Positions 45,335 to 49,003 of a stretch of 49,003 bases of DNA are shown one piece after another (position 1 is the stretch's first letter; the number at the start of each line of letters is the position of its first letter). Position numbers and translations under genes: made by a program. Source of the DNA: a virus (lineage: Duplodnaviria; Caudoviricetes); the IMG/VR virus record IMGVR_UViG_3300009506_000052, positions 1 to 49,003 of that record. One strand, given 5' to 3'. Below the pieces are notes generated by a model, which was not told the DNA's origin, did no database searches, and was given only the letters and a program-made list of their open reading frames with translations.

Positions 45335-45552
45335 CAGAGTTCCTGCTTGTCGTGTACGAGTAGTGGTGGGTTAACAAATCGCTCTAAATACTCCGGATGA
45401 GTTATGCCATACGTAGCAAGGTTAGCAAGCTGCCTGCTCATCTCCTCGCGCAGTTTTTTCTCTGTAATTCTTTTCCATCGCCATATCTCGCGCCACTCCT
45501 CTCGAGTGATCGTGCGCGGAAACTTCTGTGGATTGAAATACAACTGCAACAT
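45334..45552 (-). CDS. hypothetical protein (72 aa)
   Basis: TAATG and TGATG coupling. Confidence 0.6.
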   Translation of the reverse strand: MLQLYFNPQKFPRTITREEWREIWRWKRITEKKLREEMSRQLANLATYGITHPEYLERFVNPPLLVHDKQEL

Positions 45553-45890
45553 TATTCCAGTACCTGTTCCTTCCGATCTTCCCTAATCCATCTTAACCTT
45601 ATCGGCTTCTGCATTTTAACAGCACGCACAATCCCAACCACCATGCCTGGAGTAATGCCCAGGTCCATATAGACAGCGACGTAATCCGCGACCTGTAACC
45701 AACCGATCGCAGCGTCGATACCTCTTTTCCGTTCTTCTGCAATCGAGTCATTAAGTAAGCCTTTCTGTGTATATAGAAGATGGCTTGCAAACGGACTTTC
45801 GCCACGATCAATGCAGTTTCTGACGCACTCCCTTGCATACTTGACATTGGCAAAACCTCCAGCGAAAGGGGACTCGACGATTACGCGCAT
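45552..45890 (-). CDS. nucleoside-deoxyribosyltransferase-like Rossmannoid protein (DUF4406/DUF7768-like)
   Basis: VIVESPFAG, GESPFASHLLYTQ, D.V.VY.DLGIT.GM. Confidence 0.6.
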   Translation of the reverse strand: MRVIVESPFAGGFANVKYARECVRNCIDRGESPFASHLLYTQKGLLNDSIAEERKRGIDAAIGWLQVADYVAVYMDLGITPGMVVGIVRAVKMQKPIRLRWIREDRKEQVLE

Positions 45891-46900
45891 TACTCATCTC
45901 TTTTAATAGTGGTATTGCCCCGCGACCTCATCAACTTCCACGAACTCTCATTCGTGTAGACGCTCCCCAAGAACCCGAGTCCCTTCTCACTTTCGGGCTG
46001 CAAGGCATGATGCAGGAGCATCGTGTCGTCCTCGAAGTTCCTTACTGCAATACCGTAGGATCGCCAAAGGAAGTGGATATCGTAAAGTCCGTTCTGAGCG
46101 ACCTTTCGCTTGTCTGTATCGAGCACGTTACGAACATAGGTCCATGCTGCGATCTCATCATCTTGAGTCGGCCAGTAACTGCCTCCATTTGCTCTGGGGT
46201 CAACGAATGGTATAACAAGTGCTGACAGATGGTCTGGAGCAAATCCAATACAAGTAATTTGCTGGCCTGCTGTTTCAATATCGAAGGTGATTTGTTCGGC
46301 GGGCGCGAGGAAGTTGTCATAATACCACTCCAAGTCGGCTAGAGAGGGTTCGATGTAGACGGTTCGCTGAGGGCGACGAATGTCAGAGAAGGCACTTTCG
46401 CGACAGGCTTTGGCAAAGTCGAGGACGGTGACAGCACGGAGGTCCCACTGTCGAAGGATCGCGGCGGGGTGATAGGTCGGCAAGCACTTAAGTGTCGGAA
46501 TAACTGTGCTTGCTGTGACAGTTCCTCTAATTTTGCTGATACCTGTGTTATGTAGAAATGCCCAGGCGGCAGTATTACCAAGCAGAATGGCGATGTTGGG
46601 TTTAAGATCTCGAAGCTCTTGCACGACCCTGTGAACTTGAGGGAAATACTCCGGTCGAAGATACTTGCCTGCTTTAAGAGCAGGGAAGCCGCCCGCCCTC
46701 TCTTTCCCGCAAAGGTTCTCAATATCGTTCGTCGGCTTCGGTCGAAGATTAAAGACGTTAGTGAGGAAACAGTCTGCACGATGGATGCCTCCTTCGTATA
46801 ACATTCGAGTCAACTCGTGACCAGCGGCACCGACGAAGGGAGCGCGCTGGCGCTCTTCGTGCTCGCCCCAGGCCTCGCCAACGATTGCGATCTTGGTCAC
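45890..46900 (-). CDS. family-4 uracil-DNA glycosylase fused to partial 3'-5' exonuclease (ExoI and ExoII)
   Basis: VGEAWG..E.....PFVGAAG, LTNV, LLG, TYHPA; then FDIET, QNGLYD, DDTMLLHH. Confidence 0.88.
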   Translation of the reverse strand: MTKIAIVGEAWGEHEERQRAPFVGAAGHELTRMLYEGGIHRADCFLTNVFNLRPKPTNDIENLCGKERAGGFPALKAGKYLRPEYFPQVHRVVQELRDLKPNIAILLGNTAAWAFLHNTGISKIRGTVTASTVIPTLKCLPTYHPAAILRQWDLRAVTVLDFAKACRESAFSDIRRPQRTVYIEPSLADLEWYYDNFLAPAEQITFDIETAGQQITCIGFAPDHLSALVIPFVDPRANGGSYWPTQDDEIAAWTYVRNVLDTDKRKVAQNGLYDIHFLWRSYGIAVRNFEDDTMLLHHALQPESEKGLGFLGSVYTNESSWKLMRSRGNTTIKRDE

Positions 46901-48174
46901 GACACCTTCCTCAGTTGTCGGAACTTTGTGAGGGCTCTTTTCGCTCCTTCTGCGAACTCTCCATTCTGTTCAACTCCAAGAACGAAGCTCGCACCAAGCG
47001 ACTCAGCCGCGCGCAGCGATGTTCCACTACCACAGGTGGGATCAAGGACAAGACTTGTCTCATCAACGAACATCCTAAAGAAGTTGCGCAAGACTGGTTC
47101 GGGTTTGATAGACATATGTTGCGTTCGGTCAGTTGGTGCAGCGTAAGCATTGCTGATTGAAGCGACAACTTTACGATCTCCTCTCGATCCGAAGAGCGCT
47201 GTTTCATAAATCCTCCGTGGCCCGCGCTGCGGGTCTGGTAAGATGCCTACGTTATCGGACTTTAGCCAAACCAAAGGGAAAGGATCAAAAGTAATATCAG
47301 TGTTAAGATGAAAGTAATCGAGAGTGGACTGGTAATAGTGCATGGAGAACCAAAACATGAAATGACAAGACTCAGTTGTAAGACGGTTAAGATTGTCGGC
47401 AAGACACTTACAAAGAGCCCAATAAGTATCCTCGGTGTCGTCGTATCCTCCGTGGGTCGGGGCCGCCCCTTGGTTAAAGCTATCTGCTCCAATACCATAG
47501 GGAAAGTCGCAATGAACGAAATTAAACTTAGGCCCGTCATAAGCAGGAGCCCACTTGAGGAAATCTGCATTGATTACGCTCTCCGTTTCGGGTGCTTCGG
47601 GCGAGGTCTTAGCGTGGCTAATCTTGCGCAGGGCTGCGAGTGACTCCTCGTCTTTTCGTGCCGCTGCGCGCTCGACAATGCCCTTCGCTGTTGAGAATTT
47701 CGGGGCGGATATAACTCGCTCGTTACCGCGCACAAGTTCTGCCGCCACTGTGAGTCTATCGTTGACGGCTTGCTGGCTTAGACCAATAGCCCTCGCCGCG
47801 GCCGACTCGGAAAACGCTGGGTCTTCCGACTTGCGCAGGCGGTAATATTCGTGGACCGCAAGGCACTCATCTTTCCAAGGGAGCTGCGATCGTTTGATGT
47901 TCTCTTCAAGCTCGATGCATCGCAGGATCGGCTCTTCTAGTTCATCCGTATATTGACAAGCGATATGAGTATGACCAAGGCTAGCACAAGCCACAAGCCT
48001 GCGCTCGCCAGCAACAAGAACCAAGTCTCTTGTGATAACGATCGGGTGAATAAGGCCCAGACGTTGAATTGAGTCTGCAAGCGTTTCAATATCCGCGAGA
48101 TCAGCACGCTGTCGCTCCTCTCTGTTGACCATGATCTGGGTGATTTCGATAGAGTGAAACGAGCCGCTAGTCAT
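46897..48174 (-). CDS. ParB-like domain plus HTH plus N6/N4 DNA methyltransferase fusion
   Basis: LADSI..LGLIHPI, AGERRL, ELEEN..R; HTH AAARAIGLSQQAV; CDFPYG, KP, VLDPTCGSGTS. Confidence 0.85.
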   Translation of the reverse strand: MTSGSFHSIEITQIMVNREERQRADLADIETLADSIQRLGLIHPIVITRDLVLVAGERRLVACASLGHTHIACQYTDELEEPILRCIELEENIKRSQLPWKDECLAVHEYYRLRKSEDPAFSESAAARAIGLSQQAVNDRLTVAAELVRGNERVISAPKFSTAKGIVERAAARKDEESLAALRKISHAKTSPEAPETESVINADFLKWAPAYDGPKFNFVHCDFPYGIGADSFNQGAAPTHGGYDDTEDTYWALCKCLADNLNRLTTESCHFMFWFSMHYYQSTLDYFHLNTDITFDPFPLVWLKSDNVGILPDPQRGPRRIYETALFGSRGDRKVVASISNAYAAPTDRTQHMSIKPEPVLRNFFRMFVDETSLVLDPTCGSGTSLRAAESLGASFVLGVEQNGEFAEGAKRALTKFRQLRKVS

Positions 48175-48290
48175 TGGTATGGTCCTTACGCGGGGCGAAT
48201 GGTATGGATCGAACCCTCCCCCGGCGGAGCCGGAAAGATCAACCGGGAGAGGGCCTCAGCGTCGGCGGTTACTCTGGACACCGACACCGA

Positions 48291-48734
48291 TTACACATGG
48301 GCCGTAGCTTTGACCTCATGATAAACTTGCTTCCCATCCTCGCTGGCGCGGTGGCCGAGGGTCACGAGGACCTGTTTCCCCGCAGACTCGGGGATCATTT
48401 CTCCAAGGGTTTTCTTACCCTTGTCGATACCGAGATGCTCCGCGAGGAACTGATCGAGCCGCCACGCTGCATCGTCGGTGATCCAGAGCGTGTGGTTGAT
48501 CTTCTTGTCGGCCAAAGCGGCGCCCTTAAGGGTATCGGCGAGGGCTGCTTGGTCAACGTCCGGTTGTGGCTGCACCGGCTTCAGTTTGAAGATGGCGCAG
48601 TAGTTGTTGTTCTTGCCGCGCTGGGCAATCTCCGGAGCGCCGTCCACGAGACAGAGGTAAGTGCCGATCGGGAGTGCCTTTGGCGGTTCGATTTCAGCTG
48701 CGGGTTTGTTGAGTACGTCTTGGAACGAGGTCAT
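48291..48734 (-). CDS. putative single-stranded DNA-binding protein (DUF669-like)
   Basis: PPKALPIGTY, AWRLDQFL, GKQV.V...H....G..VY.EVK; follows the Sak4-like ATPase. Confidence 0.65.
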   Translation of the reverse strand: MTSFQDVLNKPAAEIEPPKALPIGTYLCLVDGAPEIAQRGKNNNYCAIFKLKPVQPQPDVDQAALADTLKGAALADKKINHTLWITDDAAWRLDQFLAEHLGIDKGKKTLGEMIPESAGKQVLVTLGHRASEDGKQVYHEVKATAHV

Positions 48735-48736
48735 GT

Positions 48737-49003
48737 TTATCCTCTCAAGGTTTTGAAGAAATCCGCGAGGCCAGTCTCGATAGGCAGCGACGGTGCCATC
48801 TTGAAGGCTGCGGGGTTTTTGAGATCGACCAACGCGGTCGGGACGGTCTGGATAGTGCGTTTGCCTGCCGTCGTCTGGCAAAGGGCCATGTTCTCGAAGT
48901 ACGCTGGAATGGTCGGCCCCAATGCCTTTCCAACGGAAGCGGGATAACCCTTCATCGTGCCGTCAGGGCGGTCCTGCCAAGAGACGTGGGCGATCACGAT
49001 GAG
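48737..49003 (-). CDS. 3' part of the AAA ATPase that starts at 654
   Basis: In frame across the 144-bp terminal overlap. Confidence 0.85.
   Translation of the reverse strand, partial: LIVIAHVSWQDRPDGTMKGYPASVGKALGPTIPAYFENMALCQTTAGKRTIQTVPTALVDLKNPAAFKMAPSLPIETGLADFFKTLRG
48860..49003. repeat. Terminal direct repeat copy 2
   Basis: Identical to 1-144. Confidence 0.97.

Noticed and set aside
45334-45890. Group I intron or intein interrupting polA
   Set aside because: Contains two coupled ORFs without LAGLIDADG, HNH or GIY-YIG motifs, and there are no intein terminal residues; RT-PCR would be the final test
48195-48225. tRNA (GGTTCGATCC T-loop-like sequence on the minus strand)
   Set aside because: No T-stem pairing and no cloverleaf
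1-49003. Diversity-generating retroelement, expected from the BPP-1-like head genes
   Set aside because: No reverse transcriptase motifs and no TR/VR nucleotide repeat pair seen
48860-49003. Biological terminal repeat or attachment site
   Set aside because: Falls mid-gene and no integrase was found; best explained as assembly overlap

Overview
The window is an apparently complete, circularly permuted ~48.86 kb dsDNA phage genome. Positions 1-144 are repeated exactly at 48860-49003, and the AAA ATPase gene reads through that junction. The phage is podovirus-type with a BPP-1/T7-like head, portal, adaptor, nozzle and ejection-protein set. The host is probably an Alphaproteobacterium (inference). 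Two divergent arms start at a non-coding region (~10.0-10.6 kb) containing sigma70-like promoters, inverted iteron-like repeats and an A23 tract. The minus arm holds small early genes, a UvrD-like helicase, a Cas4/RecB-like nuclease, a Sak4-like ATPase, an SSB-like protein, a ParB-HTH-DNA methyltransferase fusion, a split family-A DNA polymerase (UDG-exo subunit plus Pol subunit) and a DUF3987-type helicase. The plus arm holds terminase, portal, scaffold, capsid, cement, two parallel fibre cassettes, three adaptor paralogs, nozzle, ejection proteins (one with an ART-like insert) and lysis genes. I recognised no integrase, RNA polymerase, primase, reverse transcriptase, tRNA or CRISPR array. 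The most notable items are: (1) two cassettes each pairing a small beta-rich subunit with a long protein of ~22-aa tandem repeats, suggesting ruler-templated fibres; (2) a PolA whose proofreading site is split between two translationally coupled genes, with His at the 762 position and no primase in the genome; (3) a GGTATGGTC box shared by the putative origin and the ParB-MTase start; (4) several shared C-terminal peptide tags and start-associated DNA motifs. All family assignments come from motif recognition by eye; no database search was run.
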